64,000 bases of DNA from a candidate division WOR-3 bacterium (GTDB lineage: Bacteria; Hydrothermota; Tepidihabitantia; Tepidihabitantales; Tepidihabitantaceae): positions 64,001 through 128,000 of the forward strand of contig CBFGKH010000002.1 of the NCBI GenBank assembly GCA_965649295.1, read 5' to 3'. How positions within the stretch are numbered: position 1 is the first letter of the stretch; the number at the start of each line of letters is the position of its first letter. Both the position numbers and the translations under genes were made by a program. The notes under the pieces are model-generated. The model searched no databases. It saw only the letters and a list, made by a program, of their open reading frames with translations, and was not told where the DNA came from. Shown here in pieces: positions 38,387 through 47,392 of this stretch.

Positions 38387-38764
38387 CTAGGGCGAGGGTG
38401 GAGCGCTGATGTCGAAGACACCGGTGCGGATCTGAGCGAGCACAGCCGGGTCCAGGCCGCGGGCAGCCCACTTGGCGATGAGTATCTCGGCAGCGCGGGC
38501 AAAGGCGTCACCGGAGATGCCCTGCTGCCGCGAGAGGCGAAAGAGCTCGCGGCCAAAGTCGAGATACGGAACATAGAGCACGGTCTGGACACCGTTCTGG
38601 TTGAGTACGGTCTTCACCGCGGTCTCCATCTCGCAGAGCGAGACCACGGCGGCAGCGTAGCGTTCGAGCATCTGTTGCCGCAGTTCGTCGAGTGTCTGCT
38701 TGGTGCGGCCAGTGTCGAACTTCCGGTTCCAGCGCCTGATTCTACTGTTGGCATCAGCGGCCAT
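38387..38764 (-). CDS. Small basic helical protein resembling rudivirus (SIRV2-type) major capsid protein
   Basis: Strong AAGGAGG RBS; motifs R..W..KF, V..VL...G, Y..FG....R and LDPAVL. Compared by eye with the SIRV2 coat protein recalled from memory. Confidence 0.7.
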   Translation of the reverse strand: MAADANSRIRRWNRKFDTGRTKQTLDELRQQMLERYAAAVVSLCEMETAVKTVLNQNGVQTVLYVPYLDFGRELFRLSRQQGISGDAFARAAEILIAKWAARGLDPAVLAQIRTGVFDISAPPSP

Positions 38765-38920
38765 TGTTCTCCTCCTTTCTTTTGGGGCTTACTGTCTCTT
38801 CATCTGGTTATACGCGCAGGTGAGGAGTCTAGAGCAGAAGGAATGATAGCAAGTGATAACTCGTCGGTTCTCCATTGGTTATGCCGATACAGGGCTGGGC
38901 AGGAAGCAGAAGGGCTGGAA

Positions 38921-39163
38921 GGGGGAGTCACTCCCGGGATGAGATGGGGTACTGGTTGCGGGGCTATTTGACACAGCAGGGTGAGAAGCTGTCGCAAGGC
39001 GACGGCGAAGGCTTGGGCCGGAGGCAGGCGTGGCTTGAGTTGCCGGAACAAGGGCGACACGAGAACCGCAATTAGCGGCGAGGGCTGTGGGCTAGCGAGC
39101 AGCAGGGGCAGTCAGGAATCGAGCGATGGTGGCAGCGCTAGGGCTAGGGCCGGGTGCAGGCTT
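38921..39163. repeat. 12-bp-phased degenerate array 2 (20 units) with palindromic cap GGGAGTCACTCCC
   Basis: 12-mers from 38924: A at position 7 in 16/20 and G at position 8 in 16/20. Cap is 21/23 identical to that of array 1. Confidence 0.85.
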
Positions 39164-39166
39164 GGC

Positions 39167-41239
39167 CTAATTGCTGGTGAAGCCGGCGCGGCGGCGACGG
39201 CGGGGCCGAATCGCGTCGCCATAGACTTGGCGGATGGTTTCGTCAACGACAGCGTCCATCTGGCGGGATGTTGGGGTCGGGCGGCCAAAGGGGGTGCCGA
39301 AGTTGATACGGGCGAGGAGTCGGTCAGCCAGCGAGGAGCGCTCGCGGCCCAGTTCTTCGAGGACAGCGACGAGCCGGTCAACATCGGCTTCGGTGTTCTC
39401 GATGCTGAAACTCACCCGGACTAGGCCGATGAGCAGCCGCTCCATCAGGCGGGGCCAGACCGCAAGGCCCAAGTGGGCAATCGTGTCCTTGGTGCGGCCG
39501 ATGCCGAGCAGCTTTTTGACATACATGTTGACGCAGAAGCAGCCGTTGCGGACGCCGATGCCGCCGCGCTCGGCGAGCAGCCGGGCAGCCCGGTTGTGAG
39601 GAATGTGCCTGATAGCAAAGCTGAGGATGCCGCCCTTGCAGCCGAACCGACCGCATTCTGGGTCCTGAACACCGTAAAGGCGCAGGGCCGGGTTCTGGCG
39701 CAGCTTTGCTAGGGCATAGGCGGTGAGCCGGGTCTCTTCGGCATTCACCAGGTCCATGCCGATTCTTTCGAGCAGGTCAATTGCTTTGCCCAGGGCAGCG
39801 ATGCCGGCGACATTCTCCTCGCCGGAAGGACAGGCAGCAGCCAGTTGCTCGTTGACAAGTTCGCGGCGAATGATGAGGCCACCGGAGCCGAACGGCGCGT
39901 GCATCTTGTGGGCGGAGAAGGCGAGCAAGTCAATGCCGGTTTCAGCCATTCGAACCGGACGGTGGGCGGCAAGCTGGGCCGCGTCAACAAAGAGGAGGGC
40001 ATGGTAGTGACGACAGACCGCACCAATCGCGGCGAGGTCGTTGAAGGTGCCCATCACGTTGGAGGCACCGCAGACCGCGACGAGCCGGACCCGGGGTGAG
40101 TCGGGGTTTGAGTTCGCGTTGTAGTGGCGCAGCCGGGCTTCGAGGGCGTCAATGTCAATGAAGCCCTCGTCGTCAACCGGCACCCGTTCGAGCTGGACAC
40201 CTTCGAGATGACGCCAGGGCAGCTCGTTGGAGTTGTGCTCGACCATCGTGTTGAGGACAACGGTCGCGCCGGCCGGAGCAGCAGCGGCAATTGCCGCAGT
40301 GGCGACGTTGACGGCTTCGGTGGTGTTGCAGGTGAAGAAGACCGCGTAGTCGGCAGCCGGTGCGCCGAAGAAGCGGTGGCAGCGGTCGCGTACCGCGGCG
40401 ATGACCTCGGGCCAGGCAGATTCGGGCAGGCGCCAGGCCCGACAGAAGGTCTGCCAGACCGGGATGAAAGTCGGTGTGCTCGCGCCATTGTCAAGGTTGG
40501 TGTAGGGCTGTTCGCCTTTGTCAGTGGGCACGGTCAGCTCGCGGCCAACCAGCAGCTCGCGCAGGCGATAAAGCAGCTCAGCCCCCACAAGACCATTGAG
40601 GCCGTCGGCGAAAACCTGGTCGGGCGTTAGGGCGGGGCCGCGGGCGTTGATGAACGTATCCGGGCCGCGCTGCCGGGCAATGAGCAGGGCCCGGGCTAGG
40701 GCAATGACACCGATGATGTTCGGCGTACCGGCTTCGAGCCGGTCAGGCAGGTCAGCCCAAGCGATTGTTTCGGGTGAGACCATCTTGATGGTGCCGCCGC
40801 CGGTCTCGTAGGGCACGCCAGCCGGAACGGCGCGGCGCGGCACTGCCGCGGCGTGGACTCCAAGCGGCAGGCCGAGGTCGGCACTGGTTACTGTCCTTAG
40901 TCGGGTGCCGGGCCGGAGGCTCGCTTCAAGCCGGCGCAGCCGGCGTTCGGTGCAGAAGACAACGATGTAGTCGCCGTCGGCGAGGCCGAGATGGTCGAGG
41001 ATGATGGAGCGGGCCGCTTCGTAGAGTTCGGTGGTGATGAGCGAGTGAAGACCGGTGCCGCGGTGGACATTCGAATAGCGGCCAAGTGCAAGCAGGATTG
41101 ACTGCTCGAGTTCGTCAAACGGCCCGGTCGTAGCGGTCGGATTGGAGTCTGGCACAGGCCATTGTAGCAGAACTGCCGGGCTCTGGCGAGTTCTGCCGGT
41201 TTGGGTTTTCGGCGCCGGGTGGGTAGGCCCGGAGGCCAT
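39167..41239 (-). CDS. Class V PLP aminotransferase (SufS-like), internally duplicated
   Basis: LDNGAST, NTTEAVN, EHNSNELPW, VDAAQ, SAHK and RNGCFC motifs; extra N-terminal half with NVHRG and EAGTPN. Confidence 0.85.
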   Translation of the reverse strand: MASGPTHPAPKTQTGRTRQSPAVLLQWPVPDSNPTATTGPFDELEQSILLALGRYSNVHRGTGLHSLITTELYEAARSIILDHLGLADGDYIVVFCTERRLRRLEASLRPGTRLRTVTSADLGLPLGVHAAAVPRRAVPAGVPYETGGGTIKMVSPETIAWADLPDRLEAGTPNIIGVIALARALLIARQRGPDTFINARGPALTPDQVFADGLNGLVGAELLYRLRELLVGRELTVPTDKGEQPYTNLDNGASTPTFIPVWQTFCRAWRLPESAWPEVIAAVRDRCHRFFGAPAADYAVFFTCNTTEAVNVATAAIAAAAPAGATVVLNTMVEHNSNELPWRHLEGVQLERVPVDDEGFIDIDALEARLRHYNANSNPDSPRVRLVAVCGASNVMGTFNDLAAIGAVCRHYHALLFVDAAQLAAHRPVRMAETGIDLLAFSAHKMHAPFGSGGLIIRRELVNEQLAAACPSGEENVAGIAALGKAIDLLERIGMDLVNAEETRLTAYALAKLRQNPALRLYGVQDPECGRFGCKGGILSFAIRHIPHNRAARLLAERGGIGVRNGCFCVNMYVKKLLGIGRTKDTIAHLGLAVWPRLMERLLIGLVRVSFSIENTEADVDRLVAVLEELGRERSSLADRLLARINFGTPFGRPTPTSRQMDAVVDETIRQVYGDAIRPRRRRRAGFTSN

Positions 41240-41408
41240 TGCTATTGACAGCGACCTGCCGCTGATTACAGAATATGATGTGCCGTGTGGGCTCTGAACA
41301 TCAGTCTTTAATGGTATGATTGCTGTGCAGTCTAGTGAAGACCCGAAAGGTGAGCGTCTAGGTCAATTGCTGTTATCGTCTTTTCAAACGATAGGAAAGG
41401 GGTTCGCA

Positions 41409-42734
41409 ATGCGTCAGGTCCTCTTGTCCCTTGTGCTGGCCGTAGCCGCAGCGTTGGGCGCGGAACTGCGCTGGCTCGGTTCGCTGAACACGCCCTATGC
41501 CGAGGCCCACGGTGTAGCGGCTGACGGCAGCACGGCAGTCGGCTGGGCCGGAGTGCTGAGTCCGCACCGTGCCTGGCTCTGGATTCGGGACTCGGGTATG
41601 ACGGTCATCCGGCCGCCGGCACCCGACCGGGATTGTGAAGCGTGGGGAATCTCGGCTGATGGCCGGGTGGTTGTCGGCTGTACCCATCCCGACAACACCA
41701 GCAACTACCGGGGGTTCTGCTGGAATCGCGACACGATGATTGTGCTGGGAACGCTGGGTGGCCTGACAAGCTGGGCGTATGCGGCGTCGGCCGACGGCTG
41801 GGTTGTTGTCGGCGGTGCCGAGCATTTCTCGGGCTACAATCACGCCTTCCGCTGGCGGCCGGATTCAGGGATGCAGGATTTGGGCGTGCTGCCCGGCGCC
41901 CTGCGCAGTGTTGCCCGGGCGGTGTCGCTTGATGGCGGAGTTGTGGTCGGCTGGTCCGGCTTTCCCGGCCAGATTCACAATGCCTTCCGTTGGGAAGACG
42001 GCCAAATGACAAACATCCACAACCCGAGCTTCGGCGGCAGCGAGGGGCTCGGCGTATCGGGCGACGGGCAGGTCGCAGTCGGTGCTTGGGGGCCGCAGTC
42101 ATTGACCCCCTGCCGGCCGTTCCGTTGGACCGCGGCTACTGGCATGTACGACTTGGGAACGCTGGGTGGCGATTGGGGTGAAGCTTGGGCCGCCAATCGC
42201 GATGGCTCGATTGTTGTCGGCTGGTCAGAAAGAAGCCAAGGCAACTGGGCCGCCTTTCGTTGGAGCGAAGCAACCGGAATGGAAGACCTCAACGCCGTCT
42301 ATCCCGATCTGCTGAGTCCAGGTTCAGTGCTCAGGGACGCAATGGCCATCTCGCCTGATGGCCGATTTATCGCCGGCCGCGGCTACAATGCTGCTACCGG
42401 TGTTGATGAGGCATACCTTCTTGACACTGGTAGTTCAGCGTTTAGCACCGAGAATCATCGGCCGGCCGCAAATAGCGGTGCACAACTGACCAGTTCGCCT
42501 AACCCATTCCGGCAGAGTACAACCTTGAGTGTGTCCGTTCCGTTCCGGACTGCGATTGAACTGGCGGTTTTTGATCTGAGCGGCAAACCGGTCGCCGAAC
42601 TGCTGAATGCGGTTGTTGAGGCCGGCAGTTATGCCCTACCGCTGACTTCTGTTGGACTGGCCAGCGGTACTTATGTCTGCGTCCTCAAAGCCGGTACTAG
42701 CGTCGTTAGCACCCGACTGGTGAGGACGAACTAG
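41409..42734 (+). CDS. Secreted HAF-repeat protein with T9SS-type C-terminal domain
   Basis: Repeated SADG.VVVG...HAFRW...MQDLG; SPNPF...GTYV tail. Confidence 0.85.
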   Translation: MRQVLLSLVLAVAAALGAELRWLGSLNTPYAEAHGVAADGSTAVGWAGVLSPHRAWLWIRDSGMTVIRPPAPDRDCEAWGISADGRVVVGCTHPDNTSNYRGFCWNRDTMIVLGTLGGLTSWAYAASADGWVVVGGAEHFSGYNHAFRWRPDSGMQDLGVLPGALRSVARAVSLDGGVVVGWSGFPGQIHNAFRWEDGQMTNIHNPSFGGSEGLGVSGDGQVAVGAWGPQSLTPCRPFRWTAATGMYDLGTLGGDWGEAWAANRDGSIVVGWSERSQGNWAAFRWSEATGMEDLNAVYPDLLSPGSVLRDAMAISPDGRFIAGRGYNAATGVDEAYLLDTGSSAFSTENHRPAANSGAQLTSSPNPFRQSTTLSVSVPFRTAIELAVFDLSGKPVAELLNAVVEAGSYALPLTSVGLASGTYVCVLKAGTSVVSTRLVRTN

Positions 42735-42804
42735 CCGCTGTTCCCAGTTAGCAGCGGTCAGTCTCGGCGGTGGCGGGATGCAAACACCGCCGCCGTCCTG
42801 TTCG

Positions 42805-44397
42805 TCAGCGAAGTATCGCTATCCTGCTTGTCAATGTCTGCTTGCCGTTCTCACTCGTTGCCGTGTGCAAGAAGTAAACTCCGGGTGCGAGACGGGAGAT
42901 GTCGTTCGGGCCGGGCAAGAGGTCGAGTACCTTGCGGCCAGTGGCGTCGAGCAGGGCGATTGGCAATTGCAAGTTGCAGGATGCAAAGGGTAAGTTGAGG
43001 GTGTTGCGGACGATGGTCGGGCCGGAGCGCGGCGCCGGGATCGCATCGTTCATCGCTTCGGTGACGCCGAAGGTCTGGACGTACTTGACGGTCAGGTAGT
43101 CAAAGCCCTGAGCGTTGCTCATGCTGAACCCGGTGACGTAGACGTTGCGTTCGGAGTCGAGCGCGATGGCCACAGGCTGGTCCCAGTCGTCGGCATAGCC
43201 GCTGTAGCGAATCTGCCAGCGCGGTCGGCCTTCGGGGGTGACACTGATGGTGTGGTAGTCGTACTGGGTTGCCGGGTCGAACCCGTAGCCGGTGACATAG
43301 CTGTTGCCGTCTTCGTCCACGGCGAAGGCAGTGGGCCAGTTGCCATAGCCGGAGTAGTCCCAGCGGAAGGCCCAGAGCGAATCGCCGAGCGGGCTGTAGC
43401 AGACCACGACGTAGTCGGCAAATGAGCCAGTGTAACAGGCGTGACCGGCAGCGTAGATGCGGCCGCGGCCGTCCACGCCGATGCCCACGACTTCGTCATC
43501 CTCGCTGGCCGAGCCGTCGAGGCGGCGGCTCCAGAGAGTGTCACCATGAGTGCTGAACTTGACCACCGCGACGTCCCGGCCGGTGCTCGGGCGCTCGCTG
43601 TAACCGCCGACGTAGATGTTCTGGGACTGGTCAACCAGCAGGCAGGTCGGCCTGTCCTCGGTGAAGCCGCCGGCTCCGGCCCAGCGGCCGGTCCAGAGCG
43701 TCTCGCCGGCCGAGTTGTACTTGATGAGGACGATGTCCTGGCTGGTGCTGCCGCCGTAGCTGGTTCCTGTCACATAGATGTTGCCGGCCGTATCGAGCGC
43801 GAGCGCGACGGCTTCATCGGCCTGGCTGGCCGGGCCGTCGTAGTGCGCGGTCCAGAACGTATCGCCCTGGGCCGAATAGCGGATTGTCGTGATGTCCCAG
43901 TTGCGGGCCGGGCCAAAGGCCGCGCCGGTGACAACCACGTCACCATTGGAGCAGACAGCAATCGCCCGTGGTTCGTCATCGTGGTGCAGGCTGCCGTCGT
44001 AGTAGGTGGTCCACCAGATGACACCATTGGTATCGTGCTGAGCGGTCATCCAGTCGTAGCGGCTGCCGCTCACCCAGACCCGGCCGGTCACATAGCAGTT
44101 GCCGGCCGCGTTCACAGCCAGGGCCTTGGCCTGAGCGCTCGTATCGCCGCGGCCGTCGTAGCGCCGGAACCAGCGGGAAGTGCCGTCGGCGTTGTAACAG
44201 AGCGTGGCGAAGTCCTCAATTGAGTCATCGTCGAAGCTGTGGCCGGTAACGTAGAGCCGACCGGCGCGGATCGCGAGCGCCGCGGGCCAGTCGGTTGAAT
44301 CGCCGGCACCGTTGAACCGGCGCGACCAGGTAGTGTCAACGCCATCGGCCAGTGCCACGGCGAACAGCAGCAGGGGCAGAAGCAGGCAGCGGTGCAA
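42805..44397 (-). CDS. Secreted beta-propeller (SBBP-like repeats) with C-terminal sorting module
   Basis: Repeats of D..GNIYVTG...D...KY...G...W. Confidence 0.82.
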   Translation of the reverse strand: MHRCLLLPLLLFAVALADGVDTTWSRRFNGAGDSTDWPAALAIRAGRLYVTGHSFDDDSIEDFATLCYNADGTSRWFRRYDGRGDTSAQAKALAVNAAGNCYVTGRVWVSGSRYDWMTAQHDTNGVIWWTTYYDGSLHHDDEPRAIAVCSNGDVVVTGAAFGPARNWDITTIRYSAQGDTFWTAHYDGPASQADEAVALALDTAGNIYVTGTSYGGSTSQDIVLIKYNSAGETLWTGRWAGAGGFTEDRPTCLLVDQSQNIYVGGYSERPSTGRDVAVVKFSTHGDTLWSRRLDGSASEDDEVVGIGVDGRGRIYAAGHACYTGSFADYVVVCYSPLGDSLWAFRWDYSGYGNWPTAFAVDEDGNSYVTGYGFDPATQYDYHTISVTPEGRPRWQIRYSGYADDWDQPVAIALDSERNVYVTGFSMSNAQGFDYLTVKYVQTFGVTEAMNDAIPAPRSGPTIVRNTLNLPFASCNLQLPIALLDATGRKVLDLLPGPNDISRLAPGVYFLHTATSENGKQTLTSRIAILR

Positions 44398-44573
44398 AGA
44401 GCCTCCTTAGCGGGTAACTACGACACGAATGACATCCGGTCCGAGACGGAAGAAGTACACACCGGGACTGAGGCCGGAAACGTCGTTCGGGCCGGGCAAG
44501 AGGTCGAGTACCTTGCGGCCAGTGGCGTCGAGCAGGGCGATTGGCAATTGCAAGTTGCAGGATGCAAAGGGTA
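42901..44573. repeat. 92-bp identical direct repeat pair (42901-42992 and 44482-44573) within C-terminal modules
   Basis: Base-by-base comparison. Diverged copies near 32780-32925, 45860-46007, 47452-47601, 50196-50344 and 53766-53895. Confidence 0.9.
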
Positions 44574-45783
44574 GGTTGAGGGTGTGGCTGACGATGGTTG
44601 AGGACCAAGGCGGCGTTTGTATCTCGCCTGGCCGTTCTTCTTGTTTTCCTGTACCGGCTTCAGTGCGGAGAAGGCAGATGTCATACCTGCCCGCTGTCTG
44701 CCAGTCGGTTCGGCCGCAGAGGACGTAGCCGCCGCTAGATACTTCTTGCGCCGAGTAGCAGTAATCGTAGCCCGAGTCGGTGCCGTAGCTGGCGGTCCAG
44801 AGCGTGTCGCCAGCAGAGTTGAACCGCACCAGCCAGATGTTGATGTCGTTAGGATGGGGATAGTGCCAGCCGCCGCAGAGAAATCCGCCGTCAGTAGTTG
44901 GCGCGACCGAACCGAATTCCTCTCCCAGTTCGTAGGTGCCGATTCTTCTTGTCCAGAGCGTGTCGCCGTTGGCCCGAGTGCGGACGATGTAGCCATCGCT
45001 GTACAGGCCGCGGGCAACATAGCCGGCAAAGACGAGACCGCTGTCCGGTGTCTGCAGCAGCGAGACAGCCGACGAGACTCCGGAACCGAAACCGCGGGTC
45101 CAGAGGGTGTCGCCATTCTGATTCAGCCGGAGCAACCAGATGCCGCTGCCCTGGATGCCAACAACAGCGTAGCCACCGTCAGCGGTGTTGATGACTGCCT
45201 CACCCCGCTCGTAGTACTGCGGCCGGCCGTAGATCCTCTCCCACTCAACGTAGCCAGCCGCATCGGTCTTGAGCAGATAGAGGTTGTGGTCCGAGCCGTC
45301 ATAGCGGTGACCGGTGGCAATGAAGCCGTTATCAGGAGTCTCGGCCACCTCGAACAAGTAGTCGGCTTCAGTACCGCTGCCGCCGTAGTGGTTCCGCCAC
45401 AACTCGTTACCCAAGCTGTCGAACCGCCAGAGAACAGCATCGTAGGAGTAATAATTGGTGTAGCCAAGAACGACATAACCGTTGTCGTGAGTTTGGCGAA
45501 CGCAGTAGGTTTGACAGATGTCGCCGGTGCGGAAGTTCAGGATGCGATTCCAGAGCTCGCGACCGAGATTGTCGGTCCGGATTAGATAACCACACATGCT
45601 TCGCGGCGGATAGGAGTTTGACCAGCCGGTGAGAACAAACCCGCCGTCGTGGCATTCTTCAACCCACCAGCCCCATTCATCCTGTTCACCGCCGAACAGC
45701 CGCAGCCAGAGCGTGTCCGGCGGTTCGGCATGAAGGAGGCTGCAGAGCAGGACAGCAAGTAGTAGGACTGCCCTGCGTGACAT
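44407..45783 (-). CDS. Secreted repeat protein (beta-propeller) with C-terminal sorting module
   Basis: Repeats of T.DGG...G...LLR...GDTLW.. Confidence 0.82.
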   Translation of the reverse strand: MSRRAVLLLAVLLCSLLHAEPPDTLWLRLFGGEQDEWGWWVEECHDGGFVLTGWSNSYPPRSMCGYLIRTDNLGRELWNRILNFRTGDICQTYCVRQTHDNGYVVLGYTNYYSYDAVLWRFDSLGNELWRNHYGGSGTEADYLFEVAETPDNGFIATGHRYDGSDHNLYLLKTDAAGYVEWERIYGRPQYYERGEAVINTADGGYAVVGIQGSGIWLLRLNQNGDTLWTRGFGSGVSSAVSLLQTPDSGLVFAGYVARGLYSDGYIVRTRANGDTLWTRRIGTYELGEEFGSVAPTTDGGFLCGGWHYPHPNDINIWLVRFNSAGDTLWTASYGTDSGYDYCYSAQEVSSGGYVLCGRTDWQTAGRYDICLLRTEAGTGKQEERPGEIQTPPWSSTIVSHTLNLPFASCNLQLPIALLDATGRKVLDLLPGPNDVSGLSPGVYFFRLGPDVIRVVVTR

Positions 45784-45798
45784 GATTTCCTCCTTGAC

Positions 45799-47202
45799 CT
45801 ATTTCAGCTTTATCACTTTGCTTGTTGCGGGTCGTCTGTCGGCTACCGGCGTGTCGAGAAAGTAGATGCCGGGACTGAGGCGGGAGAGGTCGTTCGGGCC
45901 GGGACGCAAGTCGAGCACCTTGCGGCCGGTGGCGTCGAGGAGGGCGATTGGAGATTGCAGGCTGCAAGACGCCGAAGGCAAATTGAGGGTGCGACGGACG
46001 ATGGTCGAATTGCGTCCTGGCAATTGCACCGTGGAGCTTGATAGTTCCGCGACTGCGCCGGCAGCAAGGTTGCGCTTGTGGTAGATTTCGAAGTTGCCCT
46101 CGCGGTTGTCGTAGAAGAGGACGTGCGCCCGGGCGCCGGTTGCGGCAATGTTCGCGGTGCCCATTCCCGGGACTGTAGTTAATGTGGTTTCGGCAGACCA
46201 GGTCTGACCGTTGTCGGTAGAGCTGCGGTAGGCGATACCGAACTGGCCTGCGGACCAAGCGCGATAGACGATGTGAACATTGCGGCCGGCCGTGGCGAGG
46301 GCAGGATAGTCAGAGCCGTAGAGCGTGTCGGCGAGATACTGTTCGGCCGACCAGGTTTGGCCGTTGTCGGTCGAGCCGCGGTACCAGATGCCGTAGCCGC
46401 CGTCACGGCCGTCCCACCAGCAGATATGCACGTTCGGGCCGGACACTGCCACCATCGGTTGGTTCTGGGCGGTCGGGTCGCTGGTGACGCGCGTTCGCGG
46501 CTCCCATGTCGTACCGTTGCTGGTCGAGCGCATGAACCAGACCGAGTTGACGCTCGTGTTCCAGCCAACTCGGGTCCAGACCAAGTAGCGATTGGTGCCA
46601 GCGAGGACAAGACACATCTCCTTGTCCAGTACTGAGTCGGTGTCAATAGTCAGACGGGTGTCAACCGTCCAGTGCTGGCCCGCATCGCTCGACTGCTTGT
46701 AGTAGAGTTCGCCGTTCCAGTTGCCGTCGCGGCTGTCGCACCAGGCCAGGCCAACGTTCTGGCCCGCGGCAGAAAGGAATGGGCTGCTGCAGCTCCGGGT
46801 TGATACGACCAGCGATTCCTCGGCCAGCCACGATGCGCCGCCATCGGTCGAGCGGCGGTACTTCATTATCCGGTAGCCGCTGATTTCCCAGACGACGTGA
46901 ACGAACTCGCCGGATGCAGTCAGAGTTGCACCAGAGACATTGCCGTCGGTCTGCGGACTCAGGCGGAAAGGAGCGGACCAGGACTCGCCAGCGTCGAGCG
47001 AGCGGGTGTAGTAGAGGCTGAAGGTGTCGGTTCGGTTGTCAACAAAGATGACGTGCAGGGTGTCGCCGCGGGCGACGATGCACTGCTGGCCGCAAAGATA
47101 GGAATCGGCGGGGTCATCGGTCAGGCGTTGGTCCGGCTCCCACTGGCCGAGCGCAATGCCGGCTACGGCACCCAGAATCATCCCAACTAGAGAAACTCGC
47201 AT
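45799..47202 (-). CDS. Secreted BNR/Asp-box (sialidase-like) repeat protein with C-terminal sorting module
   Basis: Six S.D.G..W Asp boxes. Confidence 0.82.
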   Translation of the reverse strand: MRVSLVGMILGAVAGIALGQWEPDQRLTDDPADSYLCGQQCIVARGDTLHVIFVDNRTDTFSLYYTRSLDAGESWSAPFRLSPQTDGNVSGATLTASGEFVHVVWEISGYRIMKYRRSTDGGASWLAEESLVVSTRSCSSPFLSAAGQNVGLAWCDSRDGNWNGELYYKQSSDAGQHWTVDTRLTIDTDSVLDKEMCLVLAGTNRYLVWTRVGWNTSVNSVWFMRSTSNGTTWEPRTRVTSDPTAQNQPMVAVSGPNVHICWWDGRDGGYGIWYRGSTDNGQTWSAEQYLADTLYGSDYPALATAGRNVHIVYRAWSAGQFGIAYRSSTDNGQTWSAETTLTTVPGMGTANIAATGARAHVLFYDNREGNFEIYHKRNLAAGAVAELSSSTVQLPGRNSTIVRRTLNLPSASCSLQSPIALLDATGRKVLDLRPGPNDLSRLSPGIYFLDTPVADRRPATSKVIKLK

Positions 47203-47392
47203 TACTCCTCCTTGGAGTCACGACGTTATCGGCTTGCCGGACACGTCGCGCCCGCTGTCTGCCAACCCGCAAGTGTGACGGCGGTCCGCCGTAGCCGTTG
47301 CCAGATGGTAAGCCGAAAAGGATGGCTGTCAATAGCGCTGCTGGCAGCCGCCTATTGCAGCTGCCAGCAGGCGTCTTGCTCAGGCGCGAAAG

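Noticed and set aside
38300..39200. Prophage or provirus around the capsid-like gene
   Set aside because: No integrase, replication, packaging or other viral genes, and no att repeats seen.
47338..47370. Inverted repeat CTGCTGGCAGC...GCTGCCAGCAG as ncRNA
   Set aside because: A single hairpin just downstream of a gene. It is more simply a terminator or stabiliser, with no further evidence.
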